Assembly (NCBI GenBank): GCA_973895155.1
Contig: OZ316897.1
Coordinates: 4,000,211 to 4,064,210, forward strand
Source of the DNA: Marsupella aquatica
Taxonomy: Eukaryota > Plantae > Marchantiophyta
Length of the DNA stretch: 64,000 bases
Direction of reading: 5' to 3'
In this document: positions 32,701 to 44,699 of the stretch, in pieces
How positions within the stretch are numbered: position 1 is the stretch's first letter
Layout: every line of letters begins with the position of its first letter
Notes under the pieces: generated by a model
The model's input: the letters and a program-made list of their open reading frames with translations, nothing else
Told to the model about the DNA's origin: nothing
Databases searched by the model: none
Position numbers and translations under genes: made by a program

Positions 32701-34486
32701 TCTTCATGAGACAGCCACTAGGCTTTATGAAGAAGGGCCAAGAGAACTTAGTTTGCAGATTGCTCGAGTCCTTGTATGGATTGAAATAGTCTCCCAGACA
32801 ATGGAACAAACAGTTTGATGATTTCATGCTTGCTCGAGGTTTTACAAGGATGGTGTATGATCCTTGTGTGTATACAAAATCAGTCAAGAATGATGTATTT
32901 GGTTTCATCATTCTGGTGATCTATGTGGAAGACATGCTGATTGTGGCTAAAGATCAATCTGAGGTTGACAATCTCTAGGCAAAATTGAGTGTTGAATTCA
33001 GGATGAAGGATCTTGATAAGGCCAAGAGGATCTTAGGGATGGAGATTTTTAGGAACTCTGATACTGGACAGTTGTGCTTGAGTCAAGGCCAGTATGCGAG
33101 GAAAGTACTTGCACAATTCAACATGGAGAACTACAAGCCAGTGAGTATTCCTTTAGCTTCACATTTCAAGTTATCATCGGCTTTCTCTCCTACGGATGCT
33201 GTGGAAAAAGGTCTGATGGCTAAGATTCCTTATGAGAAGGCAGTAGGCAGTCTGATGTATTTGATGACTTGTACTAGGCCTGGCTTGGCCCTAGCGATGG
33301 GCAAGGTTAGCAGATTCATGTCAAATCCAGGGAAGGTACATTGGGAAGCTGTGAAGTGGATTCTCAGGTATCTGAAGGGAACACATGATTATGGATTATT
33401 ATTTGATAACAAATCAAATAGAACGTTAGTTGGCTATGTAGATTCTGACTATGGAGGCTGTCTGGATACAAGGAGGTCTACAACTGGGTTTGTATACACT
33501 TTTGGAGGAGGATGTATCAGTTGGAAATCTATCTTGCAGAAGTGCATATCTCAGTCTACTACAGAAGCAGAGTATGTTGCAGTAGCAGAAGCAGCAAAGG
33601 AAGCAATTTGGTTCGACAAGTTGATTGCGGAGATGGGTTTAGAGCATGGCAAAATGACTCTAAATTGTGATAGTCAAAGTGCTCTTCACTTGGCTGCTAA
33701 CCAGGTGATGGATAGCAGGGTGAAGCACATTGATATCAGGTACCATTTTATTAGGCAAGCAGTGTCTAATAAAACTTTTGAACTAGTCAAGATTGATGGA
33801 GCTCAATCCCGCTGATGCCTTTACCAAAGTGATTCATTTGGAGAGTTTCTCAAGACACCGTGCTACTTTGCAGGTTTTGCAGTTGTAGTGCAAGTAGAGT
33901 TATTTAGCAATGTGTGACTATTTGTATATGGATTACTCATTCCTGTTAGGCTACGGCTTAGTTCTAGTTAACCCTTAGTTAACCCTTGTGGTTTTTAGGG
34001 GGAGACCTGGTTTGGTGATTGTCTAGAATTTCCCGCTGAGGATTTCATATGGTAGCATTTAGTCTAGTCCCCAAGACAAGAGTCAAGGGGGAGTTTGTTA
34101 GATATTGCTCTAGTCTTGTGACTCATGAGCTAACCACAATTAGTCTAACTTGGGTTAGGACCTAGCTAATGTTAGCGATAGTGTTGGTGTGCATAATTAT
34201 AGCCAGGGCTGATGCTAGACCTTGGTGGAACTTAGGCTCATTGTTACGGAGCTAGTTGAGAGATAGGGAGATGTCGTGACATATAGTATCGTAGCCATAG
34301 TGTATCGAAAACATACAAGTCACCGACAAGGCATATGTGCAAGCTACTAGCAACCAACATGCATAGAAAAAGTCCAATCACATTCACAAGTGCCAAGAAA
34401 AAGCAAATGAAGTGATATGTACGTAGTGGAGGTGTAAACCTCTTTATCCCCCCCAGACCACAGCCAAAAGGAGGGCTGAAGAAAAT

Positions 34487-34768
34487 TCAGGTAGCACGTG
34501 GAGCACAGGAAGGGCAAAACCATAACCCTTCTGGCACCTGGATAAGTTCAAGCCGAAGGCAGAAAAGATGGTACCCTCCATTGCAATTGTCACACAACAG
34601 CATCTGGTCAGCATCATCAATTCGCAAACACACTTTGCAAGGGTAGTCCACAGGTGGAATCCAGGTAGAAGTCACAATGGTGGGATCCAGGTTAGGCAGA
34701 TGACAAGGGGCGCAATTCTTGGCATTGTCAGCAATTGTGCGCCCATCTGCCCCTTGTAACTCTAGCAC
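34487..34768 (-). pseudogene. C-terminal PHD finger of the element D polyprotein
   Basis: CKVCLRIDDADQMLLCDNCNGGYHLFCLRLELIQVPEGLWFCPSC is a C4HC3 pattern. Confidence 0.92.
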
Positions 34769-37359
34769 TCCAGACGGTCGAATAGCTTTAACCCTGAGAA
34801 TAGTACGACTGGTAGAGGTGTCCAGGGTGTTGTTAGCTTGCCGCTACAAGTATACAAAATCTCCCACATCAAACTTCCTGACCTTGGGCTAAAAAGTGAC
34901 CCCTCGTGTGTGTGCATAACGCAGTGTGTCCCTGTGCTGTGCAATGGCCAAATTCTCCATGGCCATGGGCATAACCCTCCTGAATAGGGCAGCCCTCTCA
35001 GAGATCACATCAGACCAAGTCACAGCTGAATCCAAGTCCACCACCTGAAGCATATGAGCAGCAATAGCAGAAGGTGGAATTGGGTGACAACCAAACAACA
35101 AGAAGTAGGGAGAAAAGTTAGATAGTGATGCATGTCTGGACATCCTATACCCCATGGCAATGTAGGGTAACGCCAGGTCCCAATTCTCCTTGTTTTTGGT
35201 GAGGCAGATCTTTCAGAGACCCTTCTTGCATGTCTGAACCATGCGCTCTGCCAAGCCATCTGCTTGTGGGTGATCTCATGACGTTCGGCGATGATCAATG
35301 AGGGCCTGATCAAGCAGCTCCTGGAACTCTCCTCTGAACTCTGATCCCTGGTCAATGAGACATTCTGCACAAGCTCCAAAGCGACTGAGAACTTGTTGCA
35401 AGAATGCTTGGCTGGTGCTACGGGAGGTCTTATCCGGCAATGCCACAAGTTCTATCCACTTGGAGAAATGCTCTATCATGATCATGATGTAGAGATTACC
35501 CCGAGATGTGAGGGGTAATTCTCCAGCCAAATCACATGACCAACGATAAAACATGCCCTGAATAGGGAGTGGATGAAGTGTGGGTTGCCGAGATGTGAAA
35601 GAAGCCCTTACCCTATCACACTGCTCACACTGGGCAATAACATCTCGAACCTGGCCATGCATGCCTCTCCAATGATAACGGGGGACCAAGAGGCTATAAG
35701 TCCTCTTAACACCAAAATGACCAAGCTCAGAATGTACCTTACGTCGGATAAGGCCAACCCTCTCATGAATGGGTGGAACCACCACTTCCCTGTCTGGCAG
35801 GCAGCGCACAAGATGATCTCCCTTAGCGCTTGGACCTTTGCTGAATTCGGTCTCTCTGGGCAGCAGTAACATGGGTGGGGTACTCCCCATGCTGCATAAA
35901 TCTCAGAGTGTCGCTGTCCTCCCATATGTCCACCACAGGTTGGTCAACAATGTAGCATGGCAGCAAAGCAAGATAGGTAGATGCATGAAATGTAGGCAGG
36001 ATGGAAACCTGGTCAAAATCCTGCCGTGCATCTGAGGAATCATCAGAGGTAATCAAAGGGCTACGGGACATAGTGTCAGCATTCTGATGTGTCACACCAA
36101 GCCTATGAATTATCTCAAAGTCATACTCCTGGAGTATGAGCGCCCAACGAGCAAGCTTGCTAGTAAGCTTGTCATTGGTCATCAACCACCTCAAGGGCTG
36201 GTGGTCGGTGTAGAGGACAAACCTGGTCCCATAGAGGTAGGGCCTGTAATGTATGACAGCCCACACAACAGCAAGGCATTCACCCTCATACGAAGAATAA
36301 TGACTCTCTGCCTGATTGTTGCTCCTGGATGCATAGGCAATGACGTACTCTTTACCTTCCTCGTCATGCTAGCCCAGAATGGCACCAATCCCAAGGGCAC
36401 TCCAATCTGTGTAGTACAAAGACCTTGCTGAAATCAGGTCTTCTCAGCACCGGGTATTCTGAGAGCTTCTCCTTCAAAGTGGCAAATGCTGCCTCAACAT
36501 CTGTACTCCATGTCCAAGTCACATTCTTTTTCAACAAAGCATACAATGGGTGTGCAATGGTGCTGAAATCTTTGATGTAGATCCGGTAGTAATTGCACAA
36601 CCCAATAAAACTCCTCAAAGTGTGAACATTGGTAGGAGTGGGCATTTCCAAGATGGATACCACCTTGGCCCAGTGAGCCATGGTTCCATTTGGAAGAATG
36701 CGGTGCCCAAGGTATACTAGTGATCTGACAACAAATTTACACTTCTTGGGGTGTATCTTTAGGTTCACCTTCTTAAGCCTCATGAATAGCTCCTCAAGGT
36801 CAAGTAGATGCTGGTCAAATCCTTTGCTGTGGACCAACACATCATCAATGTAGCATTTCAGAAACTCAGCACCTTGAAGAACCTGGTCCATGACTCTTTG
36901 AAAGAATATGGGCACATTCTTCAAGCCAAATGGCATCACCAACCACTCCCATAGTTGGTTACTGCCATGGAAAGCTGTTTTCTTGCGATCCTTTGCAAGA
37001 AGCAAAATCTGGTTAAAGCCTTGCCTTAGATCCACAAGAGTAAAGATGTCTGAGTCTCCAATGCTGTCAAATAGCTCCTCTGGCCGTGGCATGGGGTACC
37101 TGTCCTGGGGTGTGACCAGGTTCAGTGGCCTATAGTCCCCACACATGCGCTTCCCTGTCCATAATCCACTGGAATCCTTCTTTGCTGGCATCACTGTAGC
37201 TGCTGCAAAATCTGATGTAGATGGCTGAATAAGACCAGCTTCATAGAGCTCTTGGCACCTCTCATCCACCAGCTGCCACTCATGCTTACTCAAACGGTGC
37301 CTCCGCCTGAAGATAGGTGTTTCATCAGCCAACTCAATGGAGAACTGCATAGTCTTGCA
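34769..37359 (-). pseudogene. Element D RT-RNase H-integrase (frameshifted)
   Basis: RMCGDYRPLN, MPFGLKN, YIDD (36841-36852); RNaseH YTDHQPL/LARWAL; integrase HHCC (HSELGHFG...CEQC), CDLAG, DQGSEF. The RT N-terminus continues at 44243+ across insertion C. Confidence 0.93.
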
Positions 37360-39416
37360 TGTTAGATATTGCTCTAGTCTTGTGACTCTTGTGCTAACCA
37401 CAGTTAGGCTAACTCGGGTTAGGACCTAGCTAAGGTTAGCGGTAGTGCTGTTGTGCATATAGCCAGGGCTGATGTCAGACCCTGGTGGAACTTAGGCTCA
37501 TTGTTACGGAGCTAGTTGAGAGATAGGGAGAGCTTGTGCTGTGGATGCTTGGTATGGCCGGTCGGCCTAGAGTGCAGTAAAGCTCTTGTGTGTTCCCGTG
37601 GACGTAGCCTCATGTGGAGGTCAACCACGTATCTCTCTGTGTCGACTATTGTGCGTTGGATGGTTCATGGCCTTGCCGTTGCGAATGTCGTCTATGCTCA
37701 ACAAGTGGTATCAAAGCATGCCTGGGAGGTGACGAGGTTTTTTTGTGATGGGTTTTTCCAGCGTTCATTGTTGATGGTACATTCGGGGTTTCATCGCATG
37801 AAACTCGAATGTGTGTGGCTGTGCGGATAGGTTAGTGAGAGGGCTTTCTAACGGTGGTTAGAACTCGCTGATCGGTATCCGTGGTGCGGAGGAATTGAAG
37901 TTTGCGTCGTTCAGGTTTTATTCGTGTTCGACGGGTTTTCGGGGGAGAGACCAGAGTTTGCGTTTTTCAACGGCGTGAGCTGTGCGGTGCGGGAGGGATC
38001 ACACATTATAGCTCAAGTTGAAGGTTGAAGCGAGCTGGTCGTTTCGGTGGCTGGATTGCTGTCGAGTTGATACCGAGTGTGTCGTGACGAGTGAAGGAGG
38101 CGTTCAGGTTTTTTCACAAGCTATGGAACTTGTTCACATCTGAACCGGGTTTCTCTTCGTGACGTACGACTCAGTGGAAGAAACGCGAAGTGCAACGGCT
38201 CAACGGTTTGATCGCGGCGAGGCGGTCATTTTGAGCCCGGGTTTGACACTTGACGCGGAGTGAAGGCGACGCGACAGAAGTTTTTACAGTGCTGGAGTAG
38301 TAGACTGTGCCGGTGCAATTTGGAAACATTTCACGTCGGCGGCGTTCACTTTGCTCGTTTAAATCGACGGCTGTTAAGGTTTGTAACACGGCTTTTTTCT
38401 TAAGGCAATTTTTTGGTTGTAGGGGGTTTCTTGTAACCCCTTTGTGTGTGTTTATACACACACAATCGTGTGTATACATACACACGACCCCGGCCGGCCC
38501 TTTACCCCCGTTATTTTCCCCCGTTTGGAGCCGCAGCCGCGGCACGCAGCGCCGGCCGGCGCTTAGTTAGCCGCCCGCACCTCGCCGGTCGCCTTTCCCG
38601 CCACCCCGCCCACTCCCTCTTGCCAGCGCCCCTCCTCGGCGCGAGGCGTACATGCGCCCCCGCATCCCTGGCTCTTCGCACTGCCAGTGACTCGCGCCTT
38701 GGCCCTCGCCGCCAAATGGCGACCTGCGGCCGCTTTTAAGCCTGCGCCCCCTGGCCCTTACGCCCGTGCTACCGCCCGCCGTGAAGCGGTTGTATTTTAC
38801 TCCCGGCCCCTGCCTCGATACCCTGTACACCCCCTGGCCCGCCTCGCGTTGCCTATACGCGGATGCGCCCTTGTTTGTTATACCTGTATTTAGTGATAAG
38901 GGGCTTTAGCACCCCCTTAAGGCCCTATTTTAAGCCTGTTTTCTTTCCTCTTGCTTTTCCTCTTGCGCCGGGACCTGCTGCCCTCCGTTTTAACCGCTCT
39001 GACAGGGAGAACGGCCCCCTGTGAGACCTGTCGGACTCTGCAAGAATATTCCCGAAAAACATAGAGCTGTTTTTTGGCCGTCCGACAAAGATTCTGTCCG
39101 CAGAACGGTAACTTTTTTGGTTCTTTTTCGGTGAGGACGTTGCCACTGGAGTTAGCAACGCGGCGCACCGATCACATTGCGATTCCGACGACGGGTTGTA
39201 CTTGGTATTTTGGTTATTCTCCGAGGTGGTCAAAATGGGGGAGCTTCCCAAGGTTTTACCCACCCCGGCCAAAATTTGAATAACTTTTCCGTCGAACTTC
39301 GATTTTGATTTCGGCTTTCAGTATTGGACTCCTAGCTTCGTGGGCTACGCGGTGGTGTTGAGTTTTGAGTTTTGTGAGAAGTTTAAAAAAAAGACGTTTT
39401 TTCGTGATTGTTTCAT

Positions 39417-40472
39417 ATGAGTGACTCGGAGGATACTGGAAGATTTGGCATCGGTGGAGCTTCAGGATCGCGACGGTCAGACGGAGAGTCTGAGGAGGAG
39501 CTGCTATCATTTGAGGAGGAACTAGTGACACCGGTACGATCACCGGTGCGGCGTGTAGTGGAGGAAGCTGTGTTACTACCAGAGCTGTCGGTAGTTGGAA
39601 AGAAGAGGGAGATGGCTAGATTTGGAGGAGTGAAGTTTGAGGTGGAGAAGTACGATGGTCGTACTAATTACTTGCTCTGGGAGAAGCAAGTAAAGGGTGT
39701 TCTACGGGCCATGGGCTTAGCTCATCTGCTCTCTTTGCGAGAGCAGTATGATGGAGAGGAGGAGATTTCTGTGAGACAGTGGAGACAGGAGCAAGTGATT
39801 GCTGTCAATGTAGTGATGCTATATCTCACGCCGCACATCAACAAGCAGCTGGATGATTATGCGGATTGTGCGTCACTGTTCAAGGCTCTTAGAGAGAAGT
39901 ACTACCGGGAAGATGCGTCAGACCGGCTGTACAAGAAGTCTCTCTTGATGAGCCTCAGGCTCAAGGAAGGGAGCAAGATGCAGGATCACCTGGATGAATT
40001 TGACAGTCTAGCGGTGGATCTGTCAAACCTGGGAAAAGGAGTTGAAGATGAGGATAAGGCCTTGCTTCTGCTAAGCTCCTTACCGCCGTCATATCAGGGC
40101 TTGAAACAGGTGCTCTTGTACAGAGATCTGAAGTCCATTTCGTATAATGAGGTGGTGAGCTCTTTACTGTTTGATGATGCTCAGAAGAAGCTGGGTCAAT
40201 CACAGACAGCATCTTCTTCTGGCACTACGCTCAATGTGAACAGGGGAAGAGCAGCGCAGCGCACGAATGGGCAGAACAGGTTTAGATTTACATCACGGGG
40301 GAGATCTAAATCCAGAGGAAAATCGCAAGAGAGGAAGCGTCTTGCATGTTGGAATTGTGGCAAGCCAGGCCACATGAAAAGGAATTGTCGAGTAAAGGTC
40401 CCTACTGCCTCTGCTAATGCGGCATTGAGCTCGCATGAGGTAGACTTACTCGATGATGATGACATATTGTGA
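39417..40472 (+). CDS. gag: Copia C Gag with CCHC knuckle
   Basis: Open ORF MSDSEDTG...CWNCGKPGHMKRNC...DDDDIL*. Confidence 0.88.
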   Translation: MSDSEDTGRFGIGGASGSRRSDGESEEELLSFEEELVTPVRSPVRRVVEEAVLLPELSVVGKKREMARFGGVKFEVEKYDGRTNYLLWEKQVKGVLRAMGLAHLLSLREQYDGEEEISVRQWRQEQVIAVNVVMLYLTPHINKQLDDYADCASLFKALREKYYREDASDRLYKKSLLMSLRLKEGSKMQDHLDEFDSLAVDLSNLGKGVEDEDKALLLLSSLPPSYQGLKQVLLYRDLKSISYNEVVSSLLFDDAQKKLGQSQTASSSGTTLNVNRGRAAQRTNGQNRFRFTSRGRSKSRGKSQERKRLACWNCGKPGHMKRNCRVKVPTASANAALSSHEVDLLDDDDIL

Positions 40473-43400
40473 TGTCAAGGTTATGCTCTCAACGTAGTGT
40501 CAAATCCAGGTAGTGATGACTGGATTCTAGATAGTGCATGTACTTTTCACATTTGCTCTAGGAGAGATTTTTTCAGTTCTTACACGGTTTCCAACGGGTC
40601 AGTGTTTATGGGAAATGGAATCCCATGTCAAGTTGTTGGACTTGGATCTGTAAGATTTCAGATGTTTGATGGTGCTGTGAGAACGGTGAGGAATGTGAGA
40701 CATATTCCCAGCATGATGAAAAATCTCATTTCACTTGGAGTTTTAGAGGCAAATGGCCATCAGTGGAGTTCTGCTAATGGTGTCCTTCAGGTTTCAACTG
40801 GTACTAAAGTTGTTTTGAAGGGAAAGAGACATAGCAATCTATATGTTTTGGAGGGCAGTGTAGTCTGTGATGAAGCCAATGTAACCTTATCTCATGAGAA
40901 GACGGCCCGGCTGTGGCACTTCCGTTTGGGCCACATGAGTGAAAAAGGTTTGGTTATTCTTCAGAAGAAAGGATTACTTTCTAATTTACAATCTTGTAAG
41001 TTGGAATTTTGTGAGCACTGTGTGCTTGGGAAGTAGCACAGGAAACCCTTCGGAGTTGGAACTCACACTAGCAAGGAGGTACTTGAGTATGTACATAGTG
41101 ATGTGTGGGGTCCAGCCCCTACTCCCTCACATTCTGGACGGTTATACTATGTCACGTTCATAGACGATTACTCAAGGTATGTGTGGATATACTTTCTACA
41201 CAGTAAGTCTGATGTTTTTGCCACTTTTAAGGAGTGGAAAGCCCAAGTTGAGAATCAGACTGGTAATAAGGTGAGATATCTTCGATCCGATAACGGCGAT
41301 GAATACAATTCCGGGGAATTTGGAACATATTGTAAAGAGCAGGGGATTACCCGCCATCTCACAACAAGTTATACTCCTCAACAGAATGGTGTTTCTGAAA
41401 GACTCAACCGAACACTATTGGACCGCTCGAGGAGTATGTTGAGTCAATCATGCTTACCACATGAGTTTTGGGCTGAAGCTGTCAACACTGCAGCTTATTT
41501 GGTAAATTTTTCTCTATCGAGTTCTATTGGATTCAAGACGCCATTTGAAATGAGGTACGGGCGTCCAGCAGATTATTCATATTTGAGGATTTTTGGATGT
41601 GATGCTTATGTGCTTACACCTTCCCAGCTTCGATCCAAGCTGGAGTCCAAGTCGAAGAAGTGCATTTTCCTTGGCTATCAGAAAGGTGTGAAGGGTTATA
41701 GGTTATGGGATCCAGTAACCTGTAAGCTAATTGTCAGTAGAGATGTGTCCTTTAATGAATCCAGATCATCAAAGGAGGGGGAGAGTTCTCAGGACTCCCA
41801 TACGGACAAGGGAAAATCTCCCATCCCGGACCGGGTTGAGGGGGAGATTAGTCATGATGCAGTTCATGATGGAAGAGATGGAGAAGCTCCAGGCTTGGAG
41901 TTGGTTCCTGTGATGGAACAAGAGGAGCAGATTGTTGTTGGGGTACCTCAAATTCAGCCAGCAGCAGCAACAGATCAGTCTGAGTCATCTACTAGACGAA
42001 CTTCCAATCGTTCTACTAGAGCTCCTACCAGGTATGGTCAATGGGCAGACTCATCTAAGCTAGATGATATTGATATTGCACCTAATGATGATGACATGGC
42101 TTTGATCTTGGAAGAAGGAGAGCCTTCTTCGTACAGTGAGGCTTGTGCTTCAGAGCATAAGCATGAGTGGAATGCAGCAATGCAGAGAGAGTTGCAATCT
42201 TTGAGTGACAACAAGACTTGGGAGCTGGTGGAGCTTCCAAGAGGTCAGCAAGTGGTGGACAGCAAGTGGATTTACAAGTTGAAGGACAGTCCTTCAGAGG
42301 GTGGAGATAAGATTTACAAGGCAAGGCTTGTTGCCAAGGGATTCACTCAGGAGAAAGGAGTGGATTACAATGAGGTCTTTTCACCGGTGGCTAAGTATTC
42401 CACAATTCGGATCTTGTGTCAACTTGTTGTATTTTTTAATGTGGTGATGGATCAGATGGATGTTGTTACTGCTTTTCTCTATGGCAACTTGGAAGAGATG
42501 ATCTTCATGAGACAGCCAGTAGACTTTATGAAGAAGGGCCAAAAGAACTTAGTTTGTAGATTGCTCAAGTCCTTGTATGGATTGAAGCAGTCTCCCAGAT
42601 AATGGAACAAGCGGTTTGATGATTTCATGCTTACTCAAGGTTTTACAAGGATGGTGTATGATCCTTGTGTGTATACAAAATCAGTCAAGAATGATGTGTT
42701 TGGTTTCATCATTCTAGTGATCTATGTGGATGACATGCTGATTGTGGCTAAAAGATCAATCTGAAGTTGACAGTCTCAAGGAAAAATTGAGTGTTGAATT
42801 CAGGATGAAGGATCTTGGTAAGGCCAAGAGGATCTTAGGGATGGAGATTTTTAGGAACTCTGATACTGGACAGTTGTGCTTGAGTAAGGCCAGTATGCGA
42901 GGAAAGTACTTGCACGATTCAACATGGAAAACTGTAAGCCAGTGAGTATTCCTTTAGCTTCACATTTCAAGTTATCATCGGCATTCTCTCCTACGGATGC
43001 TGTGGAGAAAGGTCTGATGGCTAAGATTCCTTATGAGAAGGCAGTAGGCAGTCTGATGTATTTGATGACTTGTACTAGGCCTGACTTGGCCCTAGCGATG
43101 GGCAAGGTTAGCAGATTCATGTCAAATCCAGGGAAGATACACTGGGAAGCTGTGAAATGGATTCTCAAGTATGTGAAGGGAACACAGGACTATGGATTAC
43201 TATTTGATAACAGATCAGATAGAACGTTAGTTGGCTATGTAGATTCTGACTATGGAGGCTGTCTGGATACAAGGAGGTCTACAACTGGGTTTGTATACAC
43301 TCTTGGAGGAGGATGTATCAGTTGGAAATCTACCTTGCAGAAGTGCATTTCTCAGTCTACTACAGAAGTAGAGTATGTTGCAGCAGCAGAAGCAGCAAAG

Positions 43401-43691
43401 GAAGCAATTTGGTTAGATAAGTTGATCGCGGAGATGGGTTTAGAGCATGGAAAAATGACTCTAAACTGTGATAGTCAGAGTGCTCTTCACTTGGCTGCTA
43501 ACCAGGTGATGGATAGCAGGGTGAAGCACATTGATATCAGGTACCATTTTATCAAGCAAGCAGTGTCTGATAAAACTTTTGAGCTAGTCAAGATTGATGG
43601 AAAGCTCAATCCCGCTGATGCCTTTACCAAAGTGATTCTTTTGGAGAGTTTCTCAAGACACCGTGCTACTTTGCAGGTTTTGCAATTGTAG
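40473..43691 (+). pseudogene. pol: Copia C Pol (PR-INT-RT-RH), disabled
   Basis: WILDSACTFH in frame after the gag TGA; nonsense codons at 41034 and 42600; frameshifts near 42750 and 42885. Confidence 0.9.
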
Positions 43692-44699
43692 TGCAAGTAG
43701 AGTTATTTAGCAATGTGTGACTATTTGTATATGGATTACTCATTCCTGTTAGGCTACGGCTTAGTTCTAGTTAACCCTTAGTTAACCCTTGTGGTTTTTA
43801 GGGGGAGACCTAGTTTGGTGATTGTCTAGAACTTCCCGCTGAGGATTCCATATGGTAGCATTTAGTCTAGTCCCCAAGACAAGAGTCAAGGGGGAGTTTG
43901 TTAGATATTGCTCTAGTCTTGTGACTCTTGTGCTAACCACAGTTAGGCTAACTCGGGTTAGGACCTAGCTAAGGTTAGCGGTAGTGCTGTTGTGCATATA
44001 GCCAGGGCTGATGCCAGACCCTGGTGGAACTTAGGCTCATTGTTACGGAGCTAGTTGAGAGATAGGGAGAGCTTGTGCTGTGAATGCTTGGTATGGCCGA
44101 TCGGCCTAGAGTGCAGTAAAGCTCATGTGTGTTCCCGTGGATGTAGCCTCATGTGGAGGTGAACCATGTATCTCTCTGTGTCGACTATTGTGCGTTGGAT
44201 GGTTCATGGCCTTGCCATTGCGAATGTCGTCTATGCTCAACATTGCACTTACCCAAGTCCTTCATAGAGAAAGCAAACACGTTCTCATGCTTGAGGAGCA
44301 AATTCAGCAGCTGGTCCTTCTGTCTTTTACTCAGGTGGTTGCCCATGATGAATGTGTAGTTGGCAACACTAGGAATAGGACCTGATGTACTCATGCTTGA
44401 AGAGCCAGAAGTGCCAGCCTCTCCACTATCCAAGCTGCTAACATGCTGCTGATAAGGTGATGAGGCCTCTCCAAGGCCTGTTGTACCTGCTGATCTGAGT
44501 TGGTCCACACCATGAAACTCAGAAATACTATCAACCACGTTACAAGGGACCTCCTCCCCCCCAACACTTGGACTGAAGCGGTGAGTGTTGAATAGAGGTA
44601 AGTGCACCTGGTCCGGATGCCATGTAGCAGCACCATGGAGTGGGAGAGCTAGAACTCCAGATGCTGGATGAATGTACATATGAAAAAGGATGCAAGTGA

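Larger units (their letters stand above)
23117..33888 (+). pseudogene. Copia A gag-pol, interrupted by element B and multiply disabled
   Basis: KYDGRTNYLLWEKQV gag; GAG-pre-integrase, integrase (HSDVWGP), RT (YKARLVAKG, YVEDML), RNaseH (KHIDIRYHF). Premature stops at e.g. 23486, 23807, 30552, 31485, 32787. Confidence 0.9.
37360..44242 (+). mobile_element. Copia LTR retrotransposon C (family A), inserted in the D pol
   Basis: LTRs 37360-37703 and 43899-44242 (344 bp, ~8 mismatches by eye); PBS tggtatcaaagc at 37706; PPT 43881-43898; TSD TTGCA at 37355-37359 and 44243-44247. Confidence 0.97.
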
